Of a stretch of 43,877 nt of DNA, positions 1 to 9,921 are shown in pieces. The translations under genes and the position numbers were made by a program. The notes beneath the pieces were generated by a model. That model was not told the DNA's origin, made no database searches, and was given only the letters and a program-made list of their open reading frames with translations. The stretch is from a virus (taxonomy: Duplodnaviria > Caudoviricetes): the IMG/VR virus record IMGVR_UViG_3300032074_000007, positions 1 to 43,877 of that record. One strand, given 5' to 3'. Each line of letters opens with the position of its first letter. Within the stretch, counting starts at the first letter, position 1.

Positions 1-12
1 CCTAAGGGCCTT

Positions 13-87
13 TTTTTATGCCCTTTTACGTCCCTTTTGTCCCCTACCTTCGGGTAGGGGCTAAACGCCCTATTTTTATGCCCTTTT
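13..87. repeat. Direct repeat TTTTTATGCCCTTTT (13-27 and 73-87) flanking a hairpin, with extra CCC-T(n) units
   Basis: Identical 15-mers exactly 60 bp apart; further CCCTTTT at 32-38; AT-rich relative to the rest of the window. Confidence 0.8.
41..60. terminator. Stem-loop CCCCTACC-TTCG-GGTAGGGG, probable terminator at the end of the tail operon
   Basis: Perfect 8-bp stem with a C(UUCG)G tetraloop on the + strand, 28 bp beyond the last minus-strand stop; the active strand is uncertain. Confidence 0.5.
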
Positions 88-453
88 TCAGTCGTGGGAC
101 AGACCGATAGTTCCTGCCGGGATGGAGAGGTTTCGACCCTCCAGCACTCGCCAGGGGGTTTCCAGTGGGGCACTCCACAGGTAGTTGCCGTTGTACTGGG
201 CATCCCAGCCCACGATGTAGGTGATCTCCACAGCAGGCAGGGCCTTGAACGTGAGGTCGTTCAGCAGCAGCATCCCCCGTGAGGAGGGAGAGGTCATCGA
301 GTACGCCTGCCGGGTGTAGGAGCCACCGAAGACCTCAGAGGCGTAAGCGCCAGCTACCTCGGGGTTGTCGTAGGCCAGCCCGAGGTAGCCGTCCTGCACG
401 TCGTTCAGCCACTTCTCGACTTGGTAGTTGGAGAACAGTCCTTCAGTGCTCAT
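88..453 (-). CDS. Minor tail / tail-tip protein (paralog of 3538..3966)
   Basis: 121 aa, ATGA-coupled to the upstream gene; YLGL..P..SE...YTR..wDA..GN.L..AGTIGLSHD pattern shared with the 142-aa protein. Confidence 0.7.
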   Translation of the reverse strand: MSTEGLFSNYQVEKWLNDVQDGYLGLAYDNPEVAGAYASEVFGGSYTRQAYSMTSPSSRGMLLLNDLTFKALPAVEITYIVGWDAQYNGNYLWSAPLETPWRVLEGRNLSIPAGTIGLSHD

Positions 454-2609
454 GAGCCTGTCTCGCTTCTGAAAACGCGCCCGAGGAAGTAGACGGGCTT
501 TGGGCCTTGGTCATCGCAGTAGATCATCACGAACAGCATCCCAGCCGTGGGGTTCTTACGACTGTTAGGGACCGAGTACTTGTCGAACCCGGAGTCCTGC
601 ATGGTGCTGTAGGACCAGGGAGTCTCATCCACCAGCAGACCGGTCTTGGGCGAGCCCAGAGACTGCTCACCGGGGGAGTAGCCAGCGCCCGCGTAGTAGT
701 TGCCCCAGCCCACTACCATGTCGCTTCCATCAGGTAGCAGCACACCGGGGTTATCGGTCTCCGTGCCATCTGCCTTCTTGTTCTCGAAGGCCCCCTCGAA
801 GAAGGGGTAGCGCTGAGCAGCGGCGTAGCCACTAGTCCCCTTAGTGGTGGTGGCCGGGATACGCGGCATGGCTGACATCGAGATACCGGAGTTGGAGTAG
901 AAGGAGACGTGGAACCGAACTGGCATCACGTTCCCGTTCTCGTCGTAGGCGGCGATCTGGATCATTCGGATGGTGCCCTGCTGGCTCATCTTCACCGGAA
1001 TAGCGGCCTTGGCGATACCCGAGCGGGTCAGGCCCGACCAGTTGTTGTCAGCGTTGGTGCTCTTCGGATTGATCTTGATGTAGTAGTTGGGGTACTTCTT
1101 CGGCGGGTACTTCTGGGTGGTCGTGGTCCAGGGGAACTTCTCGGTGCTGCTCATCTTCTTGGTGAACAGCTCAGTTGCGTCCACTGCCCCACCAGAGGGG
1201 ATCACCCCAGAGCCAGCGGTGTAGGACCACGGCAGGATGCTGTCCTGCACGGTGGTGGAGAACTGGCCGACCTTGAGCAGACGCACCGGGTCCAGAGCGT
1301 CTCGGGTACGTGCTCGAACTTCATCGACCGTGAGCGCATCACGGAACTTGGTATCCACCGTCAGAGAGGTAGACCCATCCTCAGGAGAGACTGAAGAGGA
1401 AGTGACGTGGAAGAGCACGTCAGTCCCCCGGAAGTCCTTCACCAGGATGTTGTCTCCACCCCGGATCAGGAAGCGGTTGTAAGGGATGCCACCACGAGTG
1501 GGGTCGCTCTGCAGGGTGATCGACCCGGTGTAGCCAGGGTCGGAGTTCCGGCGAAGCTGAGCAGCAGCAGTGGATCGAGCAGCCAGTTCGCTCATTCCAT
1601 TGGGGAACTGCAGGCGAGATTCCTTGCGCGGGATGTTCGAGTTGAACTTCGGGTTGCCAGCAGCGGGGTAGACCTGAGGAAGCGCAGCGAACGGGTCATA
1701 GTAGGTGGTCTGCCCATCAGCACTGACTTGCTGGCCAGAGAATGCCGAGTTCTGAAGGTCTGTGCCCTGCCCGAAGATGATGTTGGTGGACTGTGAGAAA
1801 TCCCGGCTGGAGCTGACCTGTACACCAGGGGCACCGTTGTAGACCACCAGCACGTCATCAGTGGGGTAACGCAGGGCAGGTCGAATCATCAGTTCCGGGA
1901 TGCGTCCGGTCTTCTTCCGGATGGTCCATTGACCGCCATCCTCGGTGAACATCACTCCCAGTAGGGACTGGATGTAGCCGGTCAGCACAGGCTCCCAGCC
2001 ACCAGTGTTGCGGGTAGTCAGCCCAGTCCACTTGGTGCCCGGAGTCACACCCCAGGGGCGCAGGAACCACAGGTAGTCCGGAAGGGTGGTGCTAGGCACC
2101 ACGGTGTTCCAGTTGTCCGGGAAGGTGATCTGCAGTGCCGCAGTTCGCAGCGTGCTCTGGCGCTTAGGGTCTAGCAGTCGCTGGATCATGTACTCGTAGG
2201 GCACTGGGTACTGCGGGTACCAGGGAGCCGCGAGGAAGTTGTCAGCCTGGTAGAGCGCGCCCTTGAGCGCGATGCTGTACTCGTCCCCGATTTCCTCAGA
2301 GACGATGAAGCCCTCCCAGACCCAGTCCGAAGCAGTGCCATCGCTGTTGTAGAAGACGATGTCCACGTTGGCGTAGGGCACCAGCCACCCGAGGTCACCG
2401 CTGCCCGGTCGGTCCATCGAGGTGATCCCCGGAAAGGACAGCGAGGCAGAAGCATCCCCGTACGGGTCGTTCGAGGTCATCGTCCCGATCTTGGTGGGCA
2501 GGTCGCGGAAGAAGGTGACATCCTTCTTCGCCTGTCCGGGCGGCTGGACGAATACCTTGAAGTAGCCACCGGTCCCGTTGAGAATCCCTACATCTGGCTT
2601 ATCGACCAT
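450..2609 (-). CDS. Minor tail protein (Tal/hub-like)
   Basis: 719 aa, downstream of tape measure and Dit-like genes; WVWEGFI and 'YTGSITL...IRGGDNILV' patterns are typical of siphophage tail-tip hub proteins. Confidence 0.65.
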   Translation of the reverse strand: MVDKPDVGILNGTGGYFKVFVQPPGQAKKDVTFFRDLPTKIGTMTSNDPYGDASASLSFPGITSMDRPGSGDLGWLVPYANVDIVFYNSDGTASDWVWEGFIVSEEIGDEYSIALKGALYQADNFLAAPWYPQYPVPYEYMIQRLLDPKRQSTLRTAALQITFPDNWNTVVPSTTLPDYLWFLRPWGVTPGTKWTGLTTRNTGGWEPVLTGYIQSLLGVMFTEDGGQWTIRKKTGRIPELMIRPALRYPTDDVLVVYNGAPGVQVSSSRDFSQSTNIIFGQGTDLQNSAFSGQQVSADGQTTYYDPFAALPQVYPAAGNPKFNSNIPRKESRLQFPNGMSELAARSTAAAQLRRNSDPGYTGSITLQSDPTRGGIPYNRFLIRGGDNILVKDFRGTDVLFHVTSSSVSPEDGSTSLTVDTKFRDALTVDEVRARTRDALDPVRLLKVGQFSTTVQDSILPWSYTAGSGVIPSGGAVDATELFTKKMSSTEKFPWTTTTQKYPPKKYPNYYIKINPKSTNADNNWSGLTRSGIAKAAIPVKMSQQGTIRMIQIAAYDENGNVMPVRFHVSFYSNSGISMSAMPRIPATTTKGTSGYAAAQRYPFFEGAFENKKADGTETDNPGVLLPDGSDMVVGWGNYYAGAGYSPGEQSLGSPKTGLLVDETPWSYSTMQDSGFDKYSVPNSRKNPTAGMLFVMIYCDDQGPKPVYFLGRVFRSETGS

Positions 2610-3541
2610 CAGCGCGCTCCATAGACCGAAGAGTAAAGCGAGATGATCTGGTTGACGTTGTACTGCCCCGTAGTGCCATCAGATTGCACTGCGTAATCGA
2701 ACAGACTCCACTCCATGAGCTTCATGTTCGCTCCACCTGCGGTGACTCCCAGCTTCCTGCCGAGCTGGAAGATCATGTCCTGGGACTGAGCAGGGGTGAT
2801 AGCCGATGCGTAAGCCACTTGGTTGTCAGGAGAAGCGACCCAGATCCGAGTGGTCGGAGGCCGCACCGAGAGCACCACGATGGCAGGGTCGATCTGAGCC
2901 GGGTGGCTGAGCGTCCTAGGTACTGCGGTGGTGGTGTCTAGCACTGTGAACGCCTCGTTGATCAGGAAGTCCCGCTGCGGGGTGCTCATCGCCATGTAGC
3001 CGGTGGGGTTGTCGAAAGAGGCCACCATCACCACGGTGTACTCGGCAGCATCGTCCAGATCCCCGTTGAAGGCTGAACGCAGGAAGTCCTGGTCCTGGAA
3101 GTTCAGCACATCGAAGGTCAGGATCTCCTTGCCGATCCGGTACTCCAGATCCATGTAGGTCGGCTTGGCTACTGGGTCGGTGGTCCAGTACCAGTCCACC
3201 CCTCGGGTGTAGAACGGTCGCCAGACCCCAGCTATGTCGTCATAGAAGTCAGAACCGGCCAGGAAGCGGCTGTGACAGTCCACCTGTAGTTCGGTAGGTC
3301 TAAGCCGTGCTGAGTCGATGTAGGAGCCATCAGAGGTCGCTACGGCCCTGCCCCGGACCCAGACCTTGGGCACCATCTTGTAGCCGTTGACGATCATCCC
3401 GTCTTCAGGGACGAAGGCAGTCAGATTTATCGGCCTGGGGGTGTGCTCCGGGTCGTCATCGATGACCTTTTGAACAGCAGGCCGAGCATGCGGCGTTGCC
3501 TTGATCGGAGTAGGAGGCTGGGGTGCTGGGCTGATGATCAC
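2609..3541 (-). CDS. Minor tail protein, possibly with a lectin/LamG-like beta-sandwich
   Basis: 310 aa in the tail-tip cluster, coupled on both sides; beta-rich C-terminal half (YTVVMVA...LMEWSLFDYA). Confidence 0.55.
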   Translation of the reverse strand: MIISPAPQPPTPIKATPHARPAVQKVIDDDPEHTPRPINLTAFVPEDGMIVNGYKMVPKVWVRGRAVATSDGSYIDSARLRPTELQVDCHSRFLAGSDFYDDIAGVWRPFYTRGVDWYWTTDPVAKPTYMDLEYRIGKEILTFDVLNFQDQDFLRSAFNGDLDDAAEYTVVMVASFDNPTGYMAMSTPQRDFLINEAFTVLDTTTAVPRTLSHPAQIDPAIVVLSVRPPTTRIWVASPDNQVAYASAITPAQSQDMIFQLGRKLGVTAGGANMKLMEWSLFDYAVQSDGTTGQYNVNQIISLYSSVYGAR

Positions 3542-3966
3542 GACTGCGTGTTCCAGTCATCGAGATCCAGCGAGATACCCAGCGTCCCTGCTACGAAGAC
3601 CACCTGATCGCCTGCTGAGACCTGGAAGGAGTCGAAGTCACCAGCCATGAGGACACGGCCATCCTGAGCCTGGTCACAGAGCGCCCAGAACCGCACGATC
3701 CCCCAGTCCTGAGAGGCCACTGGGAAGGAAGCATCGATGTTGGTTAGAGCCAGTTGTGGCTGGTTGATCCAGTTACCCGAGAGGTTCTCCAGCGGTGCGC
3801 GGGCGTACTCAGCGAATGGAGGCTCATCCAGTTCGCTACCGTGCGAAGCGATACCGGGCTGGTCGCCAGTGATCAGGGCGAGGTAGTACGTCGGAATAGC
3901 CTGCTCATTCGCAGTGAACAGGTTGATCAGATAGTCCGCACCATCAGCGGTGAAGTAGCCGATCAT
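3538..3966 (-). CDS. Minor tail protein (paralog of 88..453)
   Basis: Start moved to ATG 3966 (TAATG overlap with the upstream stop); 142 aa, MIGYFTADG...YYLAL...EYAR...SFP.A..DWG.V...LCD...G.VL. Confidence 0.7.
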   Translation of the reverse strand: MIGYFTADGADYLINLFTANEQAIPTYYLALITGDQPGIASHGSELDEPPFAEYARAPLENLSGNWINQPQLALTNIDASFPVASQDWGIVRFWALCDQAQDGRVLMAGDFDSFQVSAGDQVVFVAGTLGISLDLDDWNTQS

Positions 3967-4445
3967 TACAACACCACCTCGTAGGTCACCTTGGGCAGGC
4001 GGGGAACCTGGGCGGTGAAGTGAGCCCGCACGTTGTGCATGTTGACGTGTCCTCGGTCGATGGCGTACTCCGCAGGGAAGCAGCTCCATGTCTCCAGGTG
4101 GTCATCCATCCGGAGAGTGATGGTGTAGGAGACCTGGGTAAAGACCTCCTCTAGCAGCAGCAGATTCTCAGTCACGTGGTTCTGGGAGTAGCCCAGCACA
4201 TAGACCTGGACCCCCTCCGTGACGTTCTCCTTGGTGTAATGCGTGACGAAGGTGCCGTCGTAGAACCGCGAGGAAGCCTCCAGCTTGCGCAGGGACTGCT
4301 GCTTGTTGCCGAAGCCCTCTACGCCCGTCTGGTAGTTGATCCCGTCGTTGAGGCTGATCTCCTGAAGGCCGTAGGAGATCGTGACATCGAACTCTTCCAT
4401 CGCCTCATCGGCGTAGGGCTGGATCTGCCCCTGCTGGTTCGTCAT
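3966..4445 (-). CDS. Distal tail (Dit)-like minor tail protein
   Basis: 159 aa immediately after the tape measure (ATGA overlap); call rests mainly on position. Confidence 0.55.
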   Translation of the reverse strand: MTNQQGQIQPYADEAMEEFDVTISYGLQEISLNDGINYQTGVEGFGNKQQSLRKLEASSRFYDGTFVTHYTKENVTEGVQVYVLGYSQNHVTENLLLLEEVFTQVSYTITLRMDDHLETWSCFPAEYAIDRGHVNMHNVRAHFTAQVPRLPKVTYEVVL

Positions 4446-7400
4446 CGGCGGGCTCCCGTCAGTGCCTTCATCCGCTGCTGTGCCTCCATCTTCCGTGCGA
4501 ACTCCATCGGGTCCTGAGCCTGGACCGTGATGTCACCAGTGAAGTGGTTGCCCTTGTCGATGCGCTGGTAGTAGTTGTGCGTAGCGGTCGTGTTGGGCAC
4601 GGAGTTGCCAGCCAGCAGGTAGTTCTTCACGCCAGCGACACCATTGGCACGCAGGGCGTCCATGAAGGCCCAGCCCATGTCCTTGACCCGGTGCTTGGGC
4701 ATGACGTACTCGCCAGCCTCAGCGAGCATCGGAACACGGTCACCGAGCTGGGTGCCGTAGACACCACCGCCAGCGGAGCGACGCAGCCAGGGCATCGGGT
4801 TGATGGCGTTCTGGTTGCCGTAAGCACTGCCCTTCTGGATCTGGTAGTGCAGGTGCGGACCCGTGACGTTGCCGGTAGCACCGGACGATCCGATGCCCTG
4901 ACCAGCCTGAAGCGACTGGCCCGTTGCGACGTTGTACCTGCTCAGGTGGCCATAGATTGAGAAGAGCCCATTGCTGTGCTGGACTCGCACATGGTTGCCA
5001 TAGCCATTGCCCTGGAATCCGGTCATGACCACTCGACCAGCCATCGAGGTGTGGACCCCAGTGCCGACAGGGGTTCCGAGGTCTACGCCGTAGTGGAACC
5101 CGCCCCTGCGGGGACCGAAGGCAGAAGTGATCGGATAACTGCCACTAGTAACCGGCTGGACATCACCACCGCCAGAGTTCGGAGTGTTATTGCGGGACGA
5201 TGCCGATCCATGGCCGATGTCACCAGTAGCATCGCCCTTTGTCGCAGGAGCAGGGGAAGAACCATAGATGGCATTACCGATAGTCGAGGCGGCAGTGGCG
5301 ATCTGGGTGGTCATCGAGGTCAGCTTGGTGCTGAGGTCTACCTGAGCCCCGTCCAGGTAGGACAGCAGGGTGCCGAACTCAGACTTGGCTGTGCCGGTAA
5401 GGGTCTTCATCGCCTCCTTGGTCAGACCACCGATCTTGCTGTTCATGTCGGTGGCAGCCTCTTGGAACGCCTTGTTCGCCCGCGTGATCTGGGTGGCGAA
5501 GTCCGTCTCCATCTGGGTCCGGGCGGTGTTGTACAGGGCGTTCTGGTGCCTCAGGTTGGTGTCGAAGTCAGTCGCCTGCTGGCTCATCTGCAGGTTGAAC
5601 GCAGTCGCACTGCGGCTCATCTGGGTGCGGAAGGCCAGATCCTGCTGCTGTATGGAGATCTTCCGCTCGGATGCCTGATCATCGAGCTGCTGCTTGAACT
5701 GCTTGTCCTGTCGAGCCAGCGACTGGTTGAAGTCCGTGAGCGACCGAGACTGGTTCTGCTTGAAGGAACGGTTCATCTCCTTCCACTGCTCGTTGTCCTG
5801 ATCGGTGACGACCTGGCCAGCGGACTTGATACGGGAGGCGACAGAGTCGTTGAACTTCTTGACCAGGGACGGGTCAGACATGAAGTCATCGACCATCCGA
5901 GAAAGCTGCTGAGCGTTCTTGGGGTCGTTCAGGCCCATCTGGTCGATGGCATCACCGGACAGGCCCATCCCGCGAAGCTTCTTCAGGTTGGCCTGCTGCT
6001 CATCCAGCCGCTTCTGCTGGTCAGCCATGTTCTGGAGCAGGTTCTGGCTGTCCCAGGTGCGCTGGACGTTCACGCGGGAGTAGATGTCGTAGACCGACTT
6101 AGCAGTCGACTTGGTCATCTCCACGACCTGGTGCTGGAAGTCAGCCTCAGCCCGAACTCGGTTCTTGTTGAAGTCGGCTACCGAGTACTTGCGCTGCAGA
6201 TCGAAGTCACGATGCGTGCGACTCAGTTGACGGTAGTAGGCATCGTCGGACTGCTTCCGTTGCAGGTCGTAGTCGTCCTGGGACTGCTTGCGCTGTAGGT
6301 CGAAGGCGGTCTGTGCCCGCGAACGGGAGAGGTTGTAGGCATCCAGGTTCCACTGGTCACCTTGCTTCTTGGCGGCGTCAGAACGAGTCTCCTGCAGCGT
6401 GAGGTCGCTCCGGGCGTATCCCTGCTGCTGGTTCATCTGGTGGGCCTGCAGGGCGATGGACATGACTCGGTCGTAGGCACCAGCCTTGGCCTGATCGAAT
6501 GCCATCTTGTCGCTCTGCGCCTCAGCCTGAGCCCCCTCCGAAGGGTGGAGCTGGGCATTCAGTGAAGAGAGCGTTGCCTGCTTCTCCAGGAGCTGGACGT
6601 TCTGAACCTGGGTGTTGTAATGCATCGCCAGCTGCTGCTGCGCACGAAGGAGCGACTCAGCAGAGTTGGCGAGCTGGTAGAGCGGGTCAGAAGCGTTCTT
6701 GGCAGCGGCCTTGAACTTCTGCATCTCATCGATGCCGCCCGATAGAGAACCAGTGAAGCGGGTGGCAGATTGGGCTAGCTCGTCAGCCTTCTGACCCACG
6801 ATGTCGGTGTTGCCCGTGTTGTTGGCCGCGAGATCGATGGCTCTACCTGTGGCATTGTCCTTGAACGCATACGAACCGAAGGCAGAGACGTTCCGGGCGT
6901 TAGTGACGACCGTGTCGTCTAGCTGAGAGAACAGGTGATCGCTGTTAGCCCGGACAGGCATTGACACGGAGGTGCTCCAGCGGTCGGTTCCGGTCAGCCC
7001 GGAGTTCTGGAACATCCCGTAGAGCGACTTCTCCTGAGTGGTGGCCTGACCACTCTGAACCCGCTTGTAGAGGGCCTCCCAGGTGCCCTGAATCCCGGTA
7101 GGAGCCATCCCGTTAATAGAGGTATTGGAAGCGCGAAGCAGATCCGAAATTGCAGCCAGGGACTTGTCATCGCCATTGAGCTGCTTGTTGATGACCGTAG
7201 CGATCTGCGGAAGGTTCTCTTCCGGGTCCTTGGTCTTCTCCATCGCCGCGTTGAAGGCAGCGACCATAACTCGGTTACCGCCCTGAGGATCACGAGAACC
7301 CGCAGCGCCAGCCATCTGACCGAGGGTGGCCTCAGCGCCTGAAGCGGCAGCCTTAGACGCCGAGGTGAAGCCGCCCATACCCATCATGTCTCGACCAGAG

Positions 7401-9913
7401 AGGCCCGAGAACAGGTTGTTCATGTCCACAGGACTCTTGCTCTTGGCTGCGTTGAGGATGTCCTGGGTGCGCTTCTGATCCCCGCCCGTGCGCCGCAGCA
7501 CGTCGTAGCCGAACAGCTCCAGATCGGCAGGAGACATCTCGCCAGACTGTGCCCAGTTCTTCATCTGGGCATCGGTCATGGTGGCGACCTTTTGGTCGGT
7601 GTACGGCGCGTTGATGTTCTGGTTGTAGCGCCGCATCATCGCGTCATCGACTTGGCCGTTGAAGTCAGCCCCTGCGTTCGGGATCATGTGCGCAGCGTTC
7701 TGCTTTACGACATCCGCGAAGGTGCTAGTGGCCTTGGCAGCCTCACCTAGCGCAGCACGGTAAGCACCACCGGCAGCATCTAGCGGACCAGCGTTACTGA
7801 TCTCCTCCAGGTCGGCCTTCTGCTGCTGGTTCTTGGTAGAGATGGCGTCAGCCAGCATCATCCCGCCCATAATGGCGAGAGTCGGTCCACCGAGAGCGCT
7901 ACCGACCTGCTTAGCGCCCTGCCACGCCAGCCCAGCACCAGTGCGAGCGAGACCTGCGTAGCCCTTTGCTGCGTACTGAGCGACGTTGGCCATCTCGTTG
8001 GTGGCGGTCTTCAGCACACCAGAGGTGTTGCGAAGCTGGCGAGCGTGCTCTTCAGCTGCAGTGGCAGCCTTCTTGAAGCCTGCCGAAGCGGAGTTGATGC
8101 CTTCCTTGGCCTGGATGTTCTGGTAGTCCATGGGCTTGAGGCTGGAACCTGCGCCCCCGAGGACAGGCTGGCGGGCGAAGACGTTCTGCCGTACCCCAGG
8201 GCGCAGGGTGTCCAGAGTGCTGCCCACCATGTTGCCAGCGCCACGAACGACAGCATTGAACGGAGTACGCCACGTCCAGTCCCGGATACCCCGAATACCT
8301 GCCCCGCCGCCCTCCACAGGAACAGGGGAGAGGAGACCTGCAGCGGTTGCAGCGCTCCTGTTGAGGCCAGCGAAAGGAACGGTGCTACCAGGCACGGGCA
8401 GGACGGGCATGCGAGCGCCGCCTCTACTGCCGCCCTGGCTAGCCATTGCTCGGGAGACGCTCCAGGCGCTGCCCAGCTTTGCCCCAGCCGTGTAGCCAGC
8501 CCGCTGAGCCCTAGAGCCATCACCAGCCTGGTAGGACCGCCAGGCATTCCGGGTGCGGGTGTTCATCCGGTCTTCGTTGCCCATGGCTCGACCGGCACCG
8601 AAGCCACGACGGACGAAGCCTTGCGCGAACTGCGAGATGCCCGCCAGACCCATCATCTTGCCGAGGTTGGCGATTCCGAACCCTGTCAGACCCATCAGCG
8701 CCGCACCAGCAGCGCCAGCGATGCCGGGAAGGCTACCCAGCATCTGCAGGAGCTGGTTGATCGGGGACAGGATCATGGTGATGGCCTTGAGTGCCTGAGT
8801 AACCGGCTCGACCAGACCAGAACCGAATGCCTCACCCATCTGAGCCAGGGTGTTCTTCAGTCTCTGGGCAGCCTCATTGAGGGTGTCCATCCCCTTCTTA
8901 GCGGCCTCATCGAACTTGCCAGTGTCGTTGTAGCCAGCGGTCGCCTGATCCACAGACTGCTGGATACCGCCACCGGCAGCGACAGCCTGGATGGACTTCA
9001 GGGTGCGAGGGCCATCGAGACCGAGGCGCTCCAGGGTCTTCATGGCTGCAGGACCCTGGCTGTTGATCTGCGTGAAGATCTGACCGATGGCATCAGACTT
9101 GGACATCTTGGTGAACTCTTCGGTGCTCTTACCGATGAGGTTCGCGTAAGCAGCGATCTCAGGAGATCCGTACTGGACCGCCCGAGTGATGTCCGTGAGC
9201 ATCTTGTTGAAGGCAGTGGTAGCGCCATAGCCATCAGCACCGACCTTGTTGAAGGCGGTAGCCACACCCATGATCTGGTTCTGGGTCATGCCAGCGACAC
9301 GACCGATGGGAGCGATGGCGTTGGAGAAGGACAGAATGCCCTCTGCCGAGGTGCCAGCGTTGGCCGAGAGGTTAGCCAGAGCAGAGGCATAACGCTCGGT
9401 CTGCTCCGCTCCTGTAGTGCCCATTGCACGCTGCAGGGAGATCAGACCATCAGCTAGACCGGAGACCGATTCCCCAGTAACGGCACCGAGCTTGATGAAC
9501 GCCGTTGCGAGTCGCTCGACGTTGTAGTTGCCCTGGCCCATGTTGTTGAGCTGCTGGACGAGGTTCACGATCTCGCCCGTAGACATGCCGACCGAGGCAC
9601 GCAGGTTATTGGTCTGGCGAACCATGGTGTCGAAGGACCGACCGGTCATCTCCGACTGGGCACGAAGCTGGGACATCTGCTGCTCGAAGTTTGCAGCCTG
9701 ATAGGTGGCAGCAGCCAGAGCAGCCGCAGTGCCAGCACCGACCAGTTCGATCTTCTGGCCAGCCCGCTTGGTGAGTTCTCCGAGGGCATTGGAGAGCGCC
9801 ATGACCGAAGTCAGCAGAACCTGAGTCTTGGACGCAGATTGGTCCATCGACTGCTGGTACTGGGTGGTGTCAGCAGTCAGGACGACATTCTGCTGAGTCG
9901 GGTCACCAGCCAT
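4442..9913 (-). CDS. Tape measure protein with C-terminal M23 peptidase domain
   Basis: 1823 aa, Ala/Gln-rich helical; N-terminal 'VVLTADTTQY' and TMP-type core; M23 motifs HYGVDL, YGHL, GPHLHY, INP at about 4785-5140; follows the tail chaperones. Confidence 0.95.
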   Translation of the reverse strand: MAGDPTQQNVVLTADTTQYQQSMDQSASKTQVLLTSVMALSNALGELTKRAGQKIELVGAGTAAALAAATYQAANFEQQMSQLRAQSEMTGRSFDTMVRQTNNLRASVGMSTGEIVNLVQQLNNMGQGNYNVERLATAFIKLGAVTGESVSGLADGLISLQRAMGTTGAEQTERYASALANLSANAGTSAEGILSFSNAIAPIGRVAGMTQNQIMGVATAFNKVGADGYGATTAFNKMLTDITRAVQYGSPEIAAYANLIGKSTEEFTKMSKSDAIGQIFTQINSQGPAAMKTLERLGLDGPRTLKSIQAVAAGGGIQQSVDQATAGYNDTGKFDEAAKKGMDTLNEAAQRLKNTLAQMGEAFGSGLVEPVTQALKAITMILSPINQLLQMLGSLPGIAGAAGAALMGLTGFGIANLGKMMGLAGISQFAQGFVRRGFGAGRAMGNEDRMNTRTRNAWRSYQAGDGSRAQRAGYTAGAKLGSAWSVSRAMASQGGSRGGARMPVLPVPGSTVPFAGLNRSAATAAGLLSPVPVEGGGAGIRGIRDWTWRTPFNAVVRGAGNMVGSTLDTLRPGVRQNVFARQPVLGGAGSSLKPMDYQNIQAKEGINSASAGFKKAATAAEEHARQLRNTSGVLKTATNEMANVAQYAAKGYAGLARTGAGLAWQGAKQVGSALGGPTLAIMGGMMLADAISTKNQQQKADLEEISNAGPLDAAGGAYRAALGEAAKATSTFADVVKQNAAHMIPNAGADFNGQVDDAMMRRYNQNINAPYTDQKVATMTDAQMKNWAQSGEMSPADLELFGYDVLRRTGGDQKRTQDILNAAKSKSPVDMNNLFSGLSGRDMMGMGGFTSASKAAASGAEATLGQMAGAAGSRDPQGGNRVMVAAFNAAMEKTKDPEENLPQIATVINKQLNGDDKSLAAISDLLRASNTSINGMAPTGIQGTWEALYKRVQSGQATTQEKSLYGMFQNSGLTGTDRWSTSVSMPVRANSDHLFSQLDDTVVTNARNVSAFGSYAFKDNATGRAIDLAANNTGNTDIVGQKADELAQSATRFTGSLSGGIDEMQKFKAAAKNASDPLYQLANSAESLLRAQQQLAMHYNTQVQNVQLLEKQATLSSLNAQLHPSEGAQAEAQSDKMAFDQAKAGAYDRVMSIALQAHQMNQQQGYARSDLTLQETRSDAAKKQGDQWNLDAYNLSRSRAQTAFDLQRKQSQDDYDLQRKQSDDAYYRQLSRTHRDFDLQRKYSVADFNKNRVRAEADFQHQVVEMTKSTAKSVYDIYSRVNVQRTWDSQNLLQNMADQQKRLDEQQANLKKLRGMGLSGDAIDQMGLNDPKNAQQLSRMVDDFMSDPSLVKKFNDSVASRIKSAGQVVTDQDNEQWKEMNRSFKQNQSRSLTDFNQSLARQDKQFKQQLDDQASERKISIQQQDLAFRTQMSRSATAFNLQMSQQATDFDTNLRHQNALYNTARTQMETDFATQITRANKAFQEAATDMNSKIGGLTKEAMKTLTGTAKSEFGTLLSYLDGAQVDLSTKLTSMTTQIATAASTIGNAIYGSSPAPATKGDATGDIGHGSASSRNNTPNSGGGDVQPVTSGSYPITSAFGPRRGGFHYGVDLGTPVGTGVHTSMAGRVVMTGFQGNGYGNHVRVQHSNGLFSIYGHLSRYNVATGQSLQAGQGIGSSGATGNVTGPHLHYQIQKGSAYGNQNAINPMPWLRRSAGGGVYGTQLGDRVPMLAEAGEYVMPKHRVKDMGWAFMDALRANGVAGVKNYLLAGNSVPNTTATHNYYQRIDKGNHFTGDITVQAQDPMEFARKMEAQQRMKALTGARR

Positions 9914-9921
9914 GCGGTCTC

